Positions 45,279-56,416 are shown, numbered from the stretch's first letter. The stretch: DNA of 63,110 nucleotides from Opitutales bacterium (GCA_038150505.1 JAYOTQ010000001.1:3538-66647), one strand, 5' to 3'. Numbers and translations are program-made. The notes: generated by a model not told the origin, from the letters alone.

Positions 45279-46493
45279 TTACTTACCGAGACCAAACGCC
45301 TGATGAGCAACCCGAGTGGCATCATCGCCACTATCCGGTTCCACTGCTACAGAAATCTTGATCTCGGATGTACTAATCATGAGCATATTGATGCCTGCAT
45401 TGGCAAGGGCATCAAAGAAAGTGGCTGCCACACCAGAGTGTGAGCGCATACCTACACCCACCACAGATACCTTGATTATATTGGTGCTTTTACCAAGCTT
45501 GCCACCATTGCCATCAGCAAAATGCTCCCTCAGTGCTTTTTCCGCACGAAATGCATCCTCGGTTGGTACAGTGAAGGAAAGATTGGCCAAACCTTGGCGG
45601 CCGACATTTTGAATGATCATATCAACCACCACGCCTGCTTCGGCCATAACCTTAAAAACAGCAGCAGCAGCACCAGGGCGATCGGGTAGCTCTGTGACAC
45701 TAATACGGACTTGGTTTTTGTCTGTGGCTACGCCGCTTACGAGCATATCCTCTAACGATTTTACTTTCTTTTTTACCATGGTACCTGATTTCTTGGAAAA
45801 ACTTGATCGAACTTCGAAGGGTATATTGTGCTTCTGTGCAAATTCGACCGCACGGGTTTGCATTACTTTGGAACCACTACTCGCCAGTTCCAACATTTCT
45901 TCATAATTAATCTCAGGAATTTTTCTGGCATCCGGAACAATTCTTGGATCTGCCGTATAAACTCCTTCAACATCGGTGTAAATCTGGCAGGCTTTCGCAT
46001 TTAATGAACCAGCCAGGGCAATTGCACTGAGGTCGGATCCGCCACGGCCAAAAGTAGTGACATCGCCCTTTTCATTCACTCCCTGAAATCCGGCAACAAC
46101 CACAACATTTCCCGCACGTAACTGTTTGCGCAAGTCTCCCCCGGTTACCTCCCGAATACGGGCTTTGGCGTGTAAGCCTTCGGTAATAATTCCTACCTGC
46201 CACCCCGTTCTGGAAATCGCCGGGACTTTGATTGCATGCAAAGCCATACAAAGCAAGGCGATGGTTTCCTGCTCCCCGCAGGTCATGAGCATATCAAGTT
46301 CCCTTTCGGATGGGCTCTTTTGGATTGCCTTGGCCCGCTCAATTAATTGGTTTGTCACACCTGCCCGGGCCGAGACCACCACTAATACACCAAAACCGGC
46401 ATCCACGGTCGATTTTACCCGACGGGCAACTTTTTTTATCCGGTCAACATCTGCAACCGATGTACCGCCATACTTTTGTACCACCACATTCAT
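45279..46493 (-). CDS. lysC: Aspartate kinase
   Basis: QKYGGTSV, GRGGSD, TDVEGVYTADP; two ACT domains. Confidence 0.95.
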   Translation of the reverse strand: MNVVVQKYGGTSVADVDRIKKVARRVKSTVDAGFGVLVVVSARAGVTNQLIERAKAIQKSPSERELDMLMTCGEQETIALLCMALHAIKVPAISRTGWQVGIITEGLHAKARIREVTGGDLRKQLRAGNVVVVAGFQGVNEKGDVTTFGRGGSDLSAIALAGSLNAKACQIYTDVEGVYTADPRIVPDARKIPEINYEEMLELASSGSKVMQTRAVEFAQKHNIPFEVRSSFSKKSGTMVKKKVKSLEDMLVSGVATDKNQVRISVTELPDRPGAAAAVFKVMAEAGVVVDMIIQNVGRQGLANLSFTVPTEDAFRAEKALREHFADGNGGKLGKSTNIIKVSVVGVGMRSHSGVAATFFDALANAGINMLMISTSEIKISVAVEPDSGDDATRVAHQAFGLGK

Positions 46494-46495
46494 TT

Positions 46496-47830
46496 TTACG
46501 ATATAATGTTGGGATCAAACATTCGGAAAAGTACAGGCTCCTCCATTACCCCAGGGAGACTTTTTAAATTGGCCACAGCCTCAGAAATGGAGTGCTCGTT
46601 TGTTTGGTGGGTCGTGAGAATTAAACTTGCGGGCTCGTTGTTCTCGTGAGGGGTTTGTGAAACGGTGGCTAAACTGATACCCAGTTCTGCCATAGATTCC
46701 GCAACTTTTGCTAATTGGCCCGGCCGATCATCGACCAGTAAGCGTAAATAAAAACGACCGTGGATTTCCTTTGGAGAGGCAGGAGAACATTGGCTTGGAG
46801 AAACATGTAACAACTTGGGCATCGATGTAATTTCCCGGATATTTTTCACCACATCCACCAGGTCAGAGATCACTGAACTTGCAGTAGGATCCTGTCCTGC
46901 ACCCCGACCCGTTAAAACAACCGTGCCCACGACCGTACCATTTAAACATACACCATTGTGCACTCCATCCGTTCTTGCAATTGTCTCCTCCACTGGAATC
47001 AGTGCTGGATGAACAGCTACAGCTACATGGTTATTGGTAAAATCTCTGCGGATCACCCCGATCAATTTAATTCTGCAACCGAGGTCTTCGGCTGCCTTTA
47101 AGTCCTCATTGGAAATTCGGCGGATTCCCTCAACAGTCACCTCATCAAGGTTTACCCAGATCCCATGGGCCAGGTAAGCAAGAATAACTGCTTTGTGGGC
47201 AGCATCGACCCCATCGAGGTCCAGTGCTTCATCGGCTTCCACATACCCAAGATTGCGGGCATCGCCCAGAACATCATTAAAGCTGGCACCTTCCTTTTCC
47301 ATACGGGTGAGGATATAGTTCGAAGTGCCATTAAGAATGCCATAAATAAGAGGGTAATCGTTTGAAACCAAGCTCTCCCGCAGGACTTTTATTATCGGTA
47401 TTCCGCCAGCTACACTCGCTTCAAACCCATAACCCACACCTGCCTCTTCCGCGGCCTTAAAGAGTTCGTGGCCATGTTCACAAATCAAAGCCTTGTTTGC
47501 GGTAACCACAGATTTACCCTGAGCAAATGCACGCAAGGTCAGCTCTCTTGCCTCTTTTACTCCTCCGATTAATTCGCAGATCAAATCGATCTGAGGATCA
47601 TCAACGATTGATTGGGAATCGGTGGTGAGCTGCTGGGAGTTCAGGCTTATGGACCTTTCCTTCTCAAGGGAACGGACAGATGCACGGGTCGGAACAAGTT
47701 CCACCCCTAAAATTTTGGGCCAAAAATCGGCGTTCTGAATCAAATGTTTCCATGTGCCCTGCCCCACTGTGCCGAACCCAAGGATACCAACGCGGATGGC
47801 TTGTATAGATTCCTGAGAATTGGGAGTCAT
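46496..47830 (-). CDS. hom: Homoserine dehydrogenase
   Basis: GFGTVG, VVTANKA, EASVAGGIP, GILNGTSNYIL, GRGAG; C-terminal ACT domain. Confidence 0.96.
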   Translation of the reverse strand: MTPNSQESIQAIRVGILGFGTVGQGTWKHLIQNADFWPKILGVELVPTRASVRSLEKERSISLNSQQLTTDSQSIVDDPQIDLICELIGGVKEARELTLRAFAQGKSVVTANKALICEHGHELFKAAEEAGVGYGFEASVAGGIPIIKVLRESLVSNDYPLIYGILNGTSNYILTRMEKEGASFNDVLGDARNLGYVEADEALDLDGVDAAHKAVILAYLAHGIWVNLDEVTVEGIRRISNEDLKAAEDLGCRIKLIGVIRRDFTNNHVAVAVHPALIPVEETIARTDGVHNGVCLNGTVVGTVVLTGRGAGQDPTASSVISDLVDVVKNIREITSMPKLLHVSPSQCSPASPKEIHGRFYLRLLVDDRPGQLAKVAESMAELGISLATVSQTPHENNEPASLILTTHQTNEHSISEAVANLKSLPGVMEEPVLFRMFDPNIIS

Positions 47831-47848
47831 GGTAAAAAGTGAATAGGG

Positions 47849-48469
47849 TTAGGATTTCTTTTCGAAACGATTTTCGGTGCCTGCACGAAGGCGGGCCAAA
47901 TTGGACCGATGCCTCCACACGATCCAGCCCATGACCACAAAAGCTAAGATGGTCTGACCAACTCCTCCCTCCTCACTTGCAGAAAAAACGAGGGAGCAAA
48001 CAGGCAGGCTTAGTCCAAAAGCAATCGAAGCAACCGCCACATATTTGGTAAGGTAAAAGGTAAGCAGCCATACAAACAATCCCACCAACAAGCAGGCAGG
48101 CATTAAAGCCAGTAGCCCACCCATGGCAGTGGCCACTCCCTTGCCTCCACGAAAACCAGTAAATATGGGATAGGTGTGACCAATTACTGCTGCGGGCAGC
48201 CCCCACAACCCAAGGGACAGGTCACCAGAAAAAGAAAACAGGGGTATCTGAAACCAACACACCGCCAGCACCCCCTTGAGGAAATCGAGCACAAATACGC
48301 CATACCCCATAGGCTTTCCCAGGTTTCTCAGAACATTGGTCGCACCAGGATTACCACTTCCAACAGAAAAAATATCCACTCCCGCACGCTTCGCAACGAT
48401 CACCGCCCAAGGAATAGATCCGATTAAATATCCAATGATTAAGACTGCAATGATTTCAATTGGGAACAT
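47849..48469 (-). CDS. plsY: Glycerol-3-phosphate acyltransferase PlsY
   Basis: GYLIGSIP, GSGNPGATN, FRGGKGVAT, HRSNLARL; start trimmed to ATG 48469. Confidence 0.96.
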   Translation of the reverse strand: MFPIEIIAVLIIGYLIGSIPWAVIVAKRAGVDIFSVGSGNPGATNVLRNLGKPMGYGVFVLDFLKGVLAVCWFQIPLFSFSGDLSLGLWGLPAAVIGHTYPIFTGFRGGKGVATAMGGLLALMPACLLVGLFVWLLTFYLTKYVAVASIAFGLSLPVCSLVFSASEEGGVGQTILAFVVMGWIVWRHRSNLARLRAGTENRFEKKS

Positions 48470-48494
48470 GGGATTTGTGAGAACCTGGGCTTGG

Positions 48495-50090
48495 CTAGTT
48501 TTGTCTCGATACGCGAGCTTCCTGAATGTCTGAATCAGCCACCAATTTTTGAATGACCTCCTCAGAGGGTTCATTGTCTAACTCCAGGATGGTTAGGGCA
48601 GATTCCGAACCTTCGGATCGGCTAAGAGACATGTTGGCAATATTCACCCCATATTCGCCGAGGATAGTGCCCACTTTTCCAACGATGCCAGGCTTGTCTA
48701 AATTGCGTACCACCAGCAAAGTGTCAACGGGGCGTGCCTCGATCGCCTCGCCATCGACTTCCACTATTCTCGGATCGGCATTTTTGCCAATGGTGGTGCC
48801 TCGGACGGATTGTTCTTTTCCATCCGCATCAATCGTTTTCACCTCAATCAATTCGTTGTAATCGACAGAAGAGGAGGAGGATGTTGTTTCTACCTTAATC
48901 CCCATCGCTTTGATTTTGTAAGGTGCATTGACATCGTTTACCCCATCATCCCCAGCAATGCCCTTGAGCCATCCTTTCTGGATAGCTCGGGTAAGAGGAA
49001 TGGTATCAAATTCAACCACTCCGCCCCAGTAAGTAATATGAAGAGACTGAACAGTTTTTTTGCATGCCTGACGGGCAAAGGCACCCAAACGCATACACAG
49101 TTCCAGGTAGGGACTTAAAGTAACCAAATCTTTGGGGTCAATGGAGGGCATATTGATTGCATTGCGAATGCGCCCCCCCTGCAATACTTCTGCGATCGCT
49201 TCAGCAATCTCTACACCGACACTTTCCTGTGCTTCTTCCGTGGATGCACCCAAGTGAGGGGTAAGGTTTAAGTTTTCCAAAGAACGGAATTCATGATCTT
49301 CAGGCAAAGGTTCCTGTTCATAAACATCGAGGCCAGCAGCGGCAACTTTTCCACTTTTAAGTGCATCGACAAGAGCAGATTCTTTAATAATTCCGCCCCG
49401 GGCACAATTGAACACACGCACGCCATCCTTCATTTTGGCAAACGCCGCCTCGTCCACGATTCCTTTTGTTTCAGCAGTCATGGGCATATGAACGGTGAGG
49501 TAGTCTGCCCTGGAAAAAGCATCATCTAGGTCTACTTTCTCAACTTCCAACTCCTTGGCCCGCTCATCGGTAAGGTAAGGGTCGTAAGCGATCACAGTCA
49601 TTTCAAATGCCTGGGCACGCTTGGCAACTTCAGCACCAATCCTGCCCATACCGAGAACTGCCAAAGTTTTGTTTCTCAGCTCAGATCCCTTTAAGAGCTT
49701 GCGCTCCCATTTTCCTTCCCGCATTCCGGTGGCACCGCGAACAATTGCACGGGTACCACAAAGCATGTGAGTAAAAGTTAATTCTGCTGTGGCTATGGTA
49801 TTTCCACCAGGAGTGTTCATCACAATCACCCCACGTTCAGTGGCCCCTTCGATATCAATGTTGTCTACACCCACCCCTGCCCGGCCCACCGCTTTGAGTA
49901 AAGGAGCGGACTCCATCACTTCCCTGGTGACCCGTGTGTCACTTCGAACAATGATAGCGGAGGCATCCCGTGCATGTTCAATCACCTCTTCGGGAGATGA
50001 ACCATAGGCTTCAACAACAGTAAACCCGTCCTGCTTTTTAAGAAATTCCACTCCGAGTGGAGAAATACGATCCGCGATAAGAATCTTCAT
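48495..50090 (-). CDS. serA: D-3-phosphoglycerate dehydrogenase (ASB+ACT type)
   Basis: RAGVGVDNID, NTPGGN, GMGRIG, NCARGG, TPHLGASTEEAQ; start trimmed to ATG 50090. Confidence 0.96.
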   Translation of the reverse strand: MKILIADRISPLGVEFLKKQDGFTVVEAYGSSPEEVIEHARDASAIIVRSDTRVTREVMESAPLLKAVGRAGVGVDNIDIEGATERGVIVMNTPGGNTIATAELTFTHMLCGTRAIVRGATGMREGKWERKLLKGSELRNKTLAVLGMGRIGAEVAKRAQAFEMTVIAYDPYLTDERAKELEVEKVDLDDAFSRADYLTVHMPMTAETKGIVDEAAFAKMKDGVRVFNCARGGIIKESALVDALKSGKVAAAGLDVYEQEPLPEDHEFRSLENLNLTPHLGASTEEAQESVGVEIAEAIAEVLQGGRIRNAINMPSIDPKDLVTLSPYLELCMRLGAFARQACKKTVQSLHITYWGGVVEFDTIPLTRAIQKGWLKGIAGDDGVNDVNAPYKIKAMGIKVETTSSSSSVDYNELIEVKTIDADGKEQSVRGTTIGKNADPRIVEVDGEAIEARPVDTLLVVRNLDKPGIVGKVGTILGEYGVNIANMSLSRSEGSESALTILELDNEPSEEVIQKLVADSDIQEARVSRQN

Positions 50091-50213
50091 AGGGTGGTAA
50101 ATAATAAAGGGAAAAAAACAAACTAAGATATTCACGATATTTGGCAACGCGTAAAGAAAGGCTATGATTTCGGGCTTTCCCCTCACCCTTTTCAATGTCA
50201 TCGTATTCTCCCC

Positions 50214-51596
50214 ATGTTTGAGAATTTAACAGACAAATTAAGCAGTGTTCTCCGATCGATTGGAGGAAAAGGTAAACTCACTGAAGAAAATATTTCCGAA
50301 GCCCTCACAGAGGTGCGAAAAGCCCTTCTCTCAGCAGATGTTCACTTTCGGGTTGCCCGGGAATTTATTGATGAGGTTAAATCCGCCTGCCTGGGACAAG
50401 AGGTCTTAAAATCCGTCTCCCCTGGCCAGCAGGTTGTTAAAATAATCAACGATGAATTGGTTAAACTCCTTGGAGAAGGCAGTGCGGAAGTAAAAGAAGA
50501 CCGTCCCCTGCGTGTGCTAATGGTAGGTCTTCATGGTGCAGGAAAGACCACCACCTCGGCAAAGCTTGCCAAGCATCTTTCCAAAAATGGCAGAAAACCC
50601 ATGCTGGTTGCTTGTGATGTCTACCGGCCCGCAGCGATTGACCAACTGGAATTCTTGGCCAAACAGGAAAATTTCCAATGCTATGTCGATCGCAGCACCC
50701 AAAATGTACCTTCAATTGCCCGGGCGGGTTGGGAAAACTCAAAAGACAAGGGTTCTGATCTTGTCATTTTTGATACCGCAGGACGCCTGCAAATTGACGA
50801 TGAATTAGTCGGTGAACTCGAAAATTTAAAGCAAGAGATCAACCCTCATGAGATTCTTCTCGTTGCTGATTCCGCTCTTGGGCAGGAAGCGGTTAATGTG
50901 GCCAAAACTTTTCATGAAAGGCTTGGACTGACTGGAATCATTTTAACCAAAATTGATGGAGATGCCCGTGGTGGGGCCGCTCTTTCGATGAAAAAGGTAA
51001 CGGGTGCACCCATCAAATTTATTGGTACTGGTGAGAAAATAGAAGACTTTGAAACTTTTCACCCAGACCGGCTGGCCTCCCGCATTCTGGGAATGGGTGA
51101 TGTGGTATCTCTGGTGGAAAAAGCACAGGAGCACTTCGATGAGGAAGAATCTGCCCGAATGGCTGAAAAAATGCTCAAGGCAGAATTTGATTTCGAGGAT
51201 TTTCTGTCGCAAATGAGGCAGATGAAAAAACTCGGCTCCATGGGTTCAATTGCCAAAATGTTACCGGGAATGGGGAATGTGCAGGTCGGAGATAAGGAAG
51301 AAGCTGCCCTCGGTAGGCATGAAGCCATCATCCTTTCCATGACCAAGCAGGAAAGAAGGCTGCCGAGAATTATTGGTGGATCCCGCAGAAAAAGAATAGC
51401 CGATGGTGCTGGTGTTCAAATTAGGGATGTCAATTTACTCATTAAACAATTTTCCCAAATGCATAAAATGATGAAAAAAATGAAAGGCGGGAAAATGAAA
51501 CAAATGATGAATTCATTGGGTGGTGGGGGTGGAATGCCTGACCTCGAGGGAATGGACCCCAAGCAATTAGCCAGGCTGGCCAAACAGTTTAAGTAG
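50214..51596 (+). CDS. ffh: Signal recognition particle protein Ffh
   Basis: [33 protein letters not shown]; Met-rich M domain. Confidence 0.98.
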   Translation: MFENLTDKLSSVLRSIGGKGKLTEENISEALTEVRKALLSADVHFRVAREFIDEVKSACLGQEVLKSVSPGQQVVKIINDELVKLLGEGSAEVKEDRPLRVLMVGLHGAGKTTTSAKLAKHLSKNGRKPMLVACDVYRPAAIDQLEFLAKQENFQCYVDRSTQNVPSIARAGWENSKDKGSDLVIFDTAGRLQIDDELVGELENLKQEINPHEILLVADSALGQEAVNVAKTFHERLGLTGIILTKIDGDARGGAALSMKKVTGAPIKFIGTGEKIEDFETFHPDRLASRILGMGDVVSLVEKAQEHFDEEESARMAEKMLKAEFDFEDFLSQMRQMKKLGSMGSIAKMLPGMGNVQVGDKEEAALGRHEAIILSMTKQERRLPRIIGGSRRKRIADGAGVQIRDVNLLIKQFSQMHKMMKKMKGGKMKQMMNSLGGGGGMPDLEGMDPKQLARLAKQFK

Positions 51597-51597
51597 G

Positions 51598-52257
51598 TCA
51601 GTTCCCAGCCTGGAACTTTTTCAGGACGGTGAAAACTTGATCGATTTGATCGGTATTTTTTATACCAGGAGCAGATTCCACCCCACTATTTACATCGATC
51701 CCATCCGGTTCATTTGCCAGAAGAGCATCCCCCAAATTATCAGGACTTAACCCACCGGCCAAAATCCAAGAGTGTTGGGTAAACTGCTTTTTTAGTTTTA
51801 CAAACCTTGCCCAGTCTGAAGTTTGACCGGTCCCTCCGAAAGCCTCCCGGGAATAAGTATCTATGAGAAAGGTCTTCGCCTCCCTTAAAAAATCAGCTGG
51901 CAGTTCATCCGTGGGTTTCATCCTGGGTGCCAGCCAAAGGTTTTCTACACCAACTAGTTCAGACCATCTCTTTATTTCTTGCAAAGGGAGGTCCATTGGG
52001 AAATGAAACTGAAATTTCTCAAATCCCAGCGAAATGAGATCGCCCACCAAATTCGGATCGGGGGCTACAGCAACAGCAACTTTCAAGCACTTCTTAAAGT
52101 CGATCTCTTTGGAGAGCTCTCGAAACCTACGGTGAGATAAATTACGCGGAGATGCAGAATGAAAGATAAACCCAAGAGCATCGGCTCCATGATCAATGCA
52201 ATACTGGGCATCTGCTGATTGGGTGATCCCGCAGAATTTGACCATTTTGGGTCTCAT
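51598..52257 (-). CDS. trpF: Phosphoribosylanthranilate isomerase
   Basis: VKFCGIT, GFIF..SPR, GGTG, LAGGL, DVNSGVESAPG.K. Confidence 0.93.
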   Translation of the reverse strand: MRPKMVKFCGITQSADAQYCIDHGADALGFIFHSASPRNLSHRRFRELSKEIDFKKCLKVAVAVAPDPNLVGDLISLGFEKFQFHFPMDLPLQEIKRWSELVGVENLWLAPRMKPTDELPADFLREAKTFLIDTYSREAFGGTGQTSDWARFVKLKKQFTQHSWILAGGLSPDNLGDALLANEPDGIDVNSGVESAPGIKNTDQIDQVFTVLKKFQAGN

Positions 52258-53801
52258 GAGGAAGGAGCAAAATGTTCAACCAGGGATTTGCACAAGCCTT
52301 CGAGGCTGGGGTGGGTAGCTTCCAACCCCACGGCAAGGTCATTATCTTTCAATGTCTTTGTGGTCTGTGGGCCAAAACTGCAAAAGATGGGCAAGCGGGC
52401 ATCTGGTTCAAACACAATGTCCTCAGACTGCTCAACATAGGAAAGTGCGGTCGATGAACTGGTGAAAATCACGGCATCCGCACCTTCTTTTTGGAACTTC
52501 TTAAAATCGGGTGCATCCAGCACATCTGCAAAATCGGTCTCATAAACTGGTAAAGTATCTACAATCGCACGCCCCACCCCTTCGAGCACATCGACCATGA
52601 TTTCCCGGTTCTTATTTCCAGTTACGACTAAAATATTGGCACTGTCCAAACTATCTGTAGCCACCAGTTCCTTGGCTAAACTTTCTGCCGTTGAATCTTT
52701 CGCGATCAATTCAATTTCTAAATTATAGGCTGTTAACACATCTGCGGTGGCTTGCCCAACACAGGCAATTCTCATGGGTCCAAAACTTCGAATATCTGAG
52801 AAAGCCCGAAAAAATAATTTCATAAATTCTCGGGCTCCATTCGCACTGGTAAAAACAACCCACTCGTAGGTGGCTATCCCGGCAAAGACTTCCGCAATTA
52901 ATTTACGGTCTTCAGTTGGTTGTATTTTGATAAGTGGCAGATCAAGCAACTCGGCACCCAGAGTCTCCAGAGCGGCACACATTCTGCTTTTTTGGTCAGA
53001 TGCCCGGGTAAGAGCGATCCGCCTGCCCAAGAGTGGTTTTTGCTCAAACCAGGTGGTGGTACGGGAAAGCCCAATAGAATTGCCCACAAAGATTATCGCA
53101 GGGGCACGGAAGTTTTGCTCTTTTGCCTGCTCGACCAGTTTTCCCAAAGGAGCCAGCACTTTTTTTTGTCGGGGAAGCGTACCATGGGAAACAATTGCCG
53201 CCGGTTTGTCATCCGGTAGGCCCCCTGCAATTAATTTGTCTACAATCTCCTCCAGTTTGCTCATCCCCATGTAGATACAAAGGGTACCACCAACCTCGGA
53301 AAATTTGGCAAAATCTACCCGCAAAGATTCTTTGGCCACATCCTCATGTCCGGTGAGAAATGAAATAGAGGACCCAAAATCACGATGAGACAACGGAATG
53401 CCCGCATAAGCCGCACAGGCAAGGGCAGCCGTAACGCCGGGCACAACCTCGTACGATACACCCTCTTCATCTAAAGCGAGCATTTCCTCGGCACACCGAC
53501 CAAAAACAAATGGGTCCCCTCCCTTTAACCGGACCACCCTGAGACCCTCTTTGGCTTTATCTACCAAGATTTGGCCTATCTCCTTTTGTTCCATGGTGTG
53601 TCGCCCCGGGCTTTTCCCGACATCAATGCGTTCACACTTAGGTGGTGCCCAATCATGCAACCTACGGTTTGCCAGATGGTCATAGACTAAAACATCACAG
53701 CTTTCGATCAAGCTACGGGCTCGAAGGGTTAAGAGTTCCGGATCTCCCGGTCCGGCACCCACTAGATAAACAATGCCTGCAGTTATTTCTTTTTCGTCCA
53801 T
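52254..53801 (-). CDS. cobA: Uroporphyrinogen-III C-methyltransferase / uroporphyrinogen-III synthase fusion (CobA-HemD)
   Basis: LVGAGPGDPELLT, RLKGGDPFVFGR; C-terminal HemD with WVVFTSANG and FTSSST. Confidence 0.94.
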   Translation of the reverse strand: MDEKEITAGIVYLVGAGPGDPELLTLRARSLIESCDVLVYDHLANRRLHDWAPPKCERIDVGKSPGRHTMEQKEIGQILVDKAKEGLRVVRLKGGDPFVFGRCAEEMLALDEEGVSYEVVPGVTAALACAAYAGIPLSHRDFGSSISFLTGHEDVAKESLRVDFAKFSEVGGTLCIYMGMSKLEEIVDKLIAGGLPDDKPAAIVSHGTLPRQKKVLAPLGKLVEQAKEQNFRAPAIIFVGNSIGLSRTTTWFEQKPLLGRRIALTRASDQKSRMCAALETLGAELLDLPLIKIQPTEDRKLIAEVFAGIATYEWVVFTSANGAREFMKLFFRAFSDIRSFGPMRIACVGQATADVLTAYNLEIELIAKDSTAESLAKELVATDSLDSANILVVTGNKNREIMVDVLEGVGRAIVDTLPVYETDFADVLDAPDFKKFQKEGADAVIFTSSSTALSYVEQSEDIVFEPDARLPIFCSFGPQTTKTLKDNDLAVGLEATHPSLEGLCKSLVEHFAPSS

Positions 53802-54640
53802 CCGATCAATTCATTCATCCAATCCTTTTCTTTTCTTCCATCAACCTTCAAACTTTTAATTCCGCAAGTTTCATGGAAAAAATAAAAGAGCCCATTATCC
53901 TTTGATAAATGAGCTCCGAGAGCGACTTGGCACCCTCCCCCAAAAGCATCTAATACGGAGCGCTCTTGAGTGACTGCTTTGTGAGTCTCTTCATCATTAA
54001 TTTGGTGAAAAAGCTCCCTATCCTCCACCCTTGCCTGGATGGCAATTGCTCCTTGCCCGGGTGCAGGAACCATAGCATCGAAACTCAACTCTTTAAAAAT
54101 CAAACCGGGAAAGTGATGGATGCCTAAACGATGCAACCCTGCGGCGGCAAGCAAGGTAGCATCAGCTTCCCCTCCTTCAGCTATCTTACGAAGCCGGGTT
54201 TCCACATTTCCCCGAAACTCTATCCACTTCGCATCGGGAAACAACAACGCTGCTTGTGTCCTCCTTCGCGGGCTCCCACTTGCCAGACGTGCCGGGGATT
54301 CCACCCCCTCTTTAACCACCAACACATCGGCTGGGTTTTCCCGGGGCAGAAAGGCCACGAGGTCTAATCCGTCCGGCATATCGGTTGGCATATCCTTGGC
54401 ACTATGCACAGCCAGATCTGCTTGTCCGTCCAAGAGAGCTTGTTCAAGCTCTTTGGTAAAAAGCCCCTTCCCCCCCGCTTTTTCCAAAGACCATTCCGAC
54501 TGCCGGTCTCCGGTTGTAACCAGGGGAAGCAAATTGACTTCCTGGTTGAGCGTGCGTGAGATCCGGTCCGCAACCAACTCCGCCTGCTTTAAAGCAAGTG
54601 GGCTACGCCGAGTAGCAAGAACTAAAGGCTTAGTAACCAT
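53783..54640 (-). CDS. hemC: Porphobilinogen deaminase
   Basis: ATRRSPLA..Q, GKGLFTKELE, AVHSAKDMP, RGNVETRL, PAPGQG, GGGC cofactor Cys. Confidence 0.96.
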   Translation of the reverse strand: MVTKPLVLATRRSPLALKQAELVADRISRTLNQEVNLLPLVTTGDRQSEWSLEKAGGKGLFTKELEQALLDGQADLAVHSAKDMPTDMPDGLDLVAFLPRENPADVLVVKEGVESPARLASGSPRRRTQAALLFPDAKWIEFRGNVETRLRKIAEGGEADATLLAAAGLHRLGIHHFPGLIFKELSFDAMVPAPGQGAIAIQARVEDRELFHQINDEETHKAVTQERSVLDAFGGGCQVALGAHLSKDNGLFYFFHETCGIKSLKVDGRKEKDWMNELIGWTKKK

Positions 54641-54668
54641 AACTGCACGAAGCCATCCGATATAGGTA

Positions 54669-54695
54669 CGCTGGGCTGTTCAAGCAGCACCAGCG
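54669..54695. terminator. GC-rich hairpin downstream of ilvC
   Basis: cgctgg-gctg-ttcaag-cagc-a-ccagcg; no clear U-tract. Confidence 0.4.
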
Positions 54696-54708
54696 AAATG
54701 AATCAATT

Positions 54709-55737
54709 TTAGGAATATGAAGCTTGGGCACCCTTGATGTTTTTCTTGGGTATCCAAGGCATCACCGCACGTAAACTTCTACCTGTTACTTCTATGGGAT
54801 GGTTTTCACCATCTTCCAGCAGTTTGTTGTAGTTTGGCAGCCCATCTTGGTGTTCCTTAATCCATTCCTTGGCAAATTTCCCACTTTGGATTTCCTTAAG
54901 AATGGTTTTCATCGATCTCTTTACATTGGCATTCACCACTCTTGGCCCACGGGTAATATCCCCATACTTCGCAGTTTCAGAGATAGAAAATCTCATTCCG
55001 GCAATTCCTGACTCGATCATCAGGTCAACAATCAGTTTGAGCTCATGCAAGCACTCAAAGTAAGCCATTTCAGGGGCATAACCGGCCTCCACAAGAGTTT
55101 CAAAACCTGCCTGGACAAGGGCCGAGGCACCTCCGCAAAGAACAGCCTGTTCACCAAATAAATCCGTTTCGGTTTCCTCTTTGAAAGTGGTTTCCAGTAT
55201 ACCTGCTTTTGCTCCGCCAACACCTGCGGCCCAGGCAAGAGCGATTTTCTTGGAATCCTTGGACGAACCTTTGAGCACTGCAAAAAGAGCAGGCACTCCT
55301 TTGCCCTCTTTGAACTGGGAGCGGACCAAATGGCCTGGACCCTTTGGTGCAACCATAATCACACTGACTCCACGAGGTGGCTTAATCAGACCAAAGTGAA
55401 TGGCAAACCCGTGAGTAAATAAAAGAGTTTTTCCTTTGGATAAATTTGGTTTGATCTCGGTTTCGTAAACTTCTGCTTGTTTCATATCGGGCACACCGAT
55501 CATGATGACATCCGCTTTTTGGACTGCTTCAGCTACTTCAAAAACTTCAAAACCGTGGCGTTTGGCAACCCGGATTGATTTACTGCCCTTGTACAGACCG
55601 ATGATCACATTCAATCCGCTTTCCTTCAGATTGAGGGCATGGGCATGTCCTTGGGAGCCGTAACCAATGACGGCAAGCGTTTTCTTTTTGAGAGGAGTAA
55701 TTTTCGCCTCTTTGTGCGTGTATACTTTCGCAGGCAT
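54709..55737 (-). CDS. ilvC: Ketol-acid reductoisomerase
   Basis: [45 protein letters not shown]. Confidence 0.98.
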   Translation of the reverse strand: MPAKVYTHKEAKITPLKKKTLAVIGYGSQGHAHALNLKESGLNVIIGLYKGSKSIRVAKRHGFEVFEVAEAVQKADVIMIGVPDMKQAEVYETEIKPNLSKGKTLLFTHGFAIHFGLIKPPRGVSVIMVAPKGPGHLVRSQFKEGKGVPALFAVLKGSSKDSKKIALAWAAGVGGAKAGILETTFKEETETDLFGEQAVLCGGASALVQAGFETLVEAGYAPEMAYFECLHELKLIVDLMIESGIAGMRFSISETAKYGDITRGPRVVNANVKRSMKTILKEIQSGKFAKEWIKEHQDGLPNYNKLLEDGENHPIEVTGRSLRAVMPWIPKKNIKGAQASYS

Positions 55738-55783
55738 TATGCTATTTTGGGGTTACCAGGTTAATCGTTTCCGTTTTTAAAAA

Positions 55784-56269
55784 TTAGTTTTCGTTCAAGC
55801 CTCTTCTGAGGGAAACTACTCCCGTACGGGCGAGTTCGGACACACCGAAAGACTCGAGAAGTTTGAGAAATGCTTTGATTTTATTTTCATTTCCGGTGGC
55901 TTCAATGATCAGGCTGGAAGGTGCCACATCAATGATTTTGCCACGGAATACATCACAGATCTGGGTAATTTCGGTGCGGGTTTTCGAATCCGCATCGACT
56001 TTTAATAAAACAAGTTCCCTACCAACCGCCTCGTCTCCATGATAATTCTCCACCTGGATCACATCGATCAATTTGTCGAGTTGCTTGATGCATTGATCCA
56101 ATGCTTTTTCATCCCCGTTAAGCGTAGCCGTAATACGGGATCGGCCGTCTGCATGGGTTGGGGCAACATTGAGGGTATCGATGTTGAATCCACGCCCGCT
56201 AAAAAGTCCGGCAATTCGGGCAAGAACACCGAATTTATTTTCAACTAGAACGGAAATGACGTGGCGCAT
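55784..56269 (-). CDS. ilvN: Acetolactate synthase small (regulatory) subunit
   Basis: ISVLVENKFGVLARIAGLFSGRGFNI, RELVLLKV, ELARTG. Confidence 0.96.
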   Translation of the reverse strand: MRHVISVLVENKFGVLARIAGLFSGRGFNIDTLNVAPTHADGRSRITATLNGDEKALDQCIKQLDKLIDVIQVENYHGDEAVGRELVLLKVDADSKTRTEITQICDVFRGKIIDVAPSSLIIEATGNENKIKAFLKLLESFGVSELARTGVVSLRRGLNEN

Positions 56270-56284
56270 GAAATTAAGGGGAAA

Positions 56285-56361
56285 TGGTGGACGGCACAGG
56301 ATTCGAACCTGTGACCTACTGGGTGTAAACCAGTCGCTCTAACCAACTGAGCTAGCCGTCC
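56285..56361 (-). tRNA. tRNA-Val(TAC)
   Basis: Reverse complement GGACGGCTAGCTCAGTTGGTTAGAGCG, ACTGG-TTTACAC-CCAGT, GGTTCGAATCC, ends GTCCACCA. Confidence 0.97.
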
Positions 56362-56416
56362 GTGATTTAAAGTAAAGAAACAAACTAAGAATCCCAGCAG
56401 TTGTGGCAAGCGTGAA

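Noticed and set aside
43902-50200. T-box, lysine riboswitch or leader-peptide attenuator for the serA-hom-lysC-thrC genes
   Set aside because: Intergenic gaps are too short, and no such structure or Thr/Ile-rich leader was seen.
52254-53801. CobA-HemD fusion as a novelty
   Set aside because: This fusion is well known in many bacteria.
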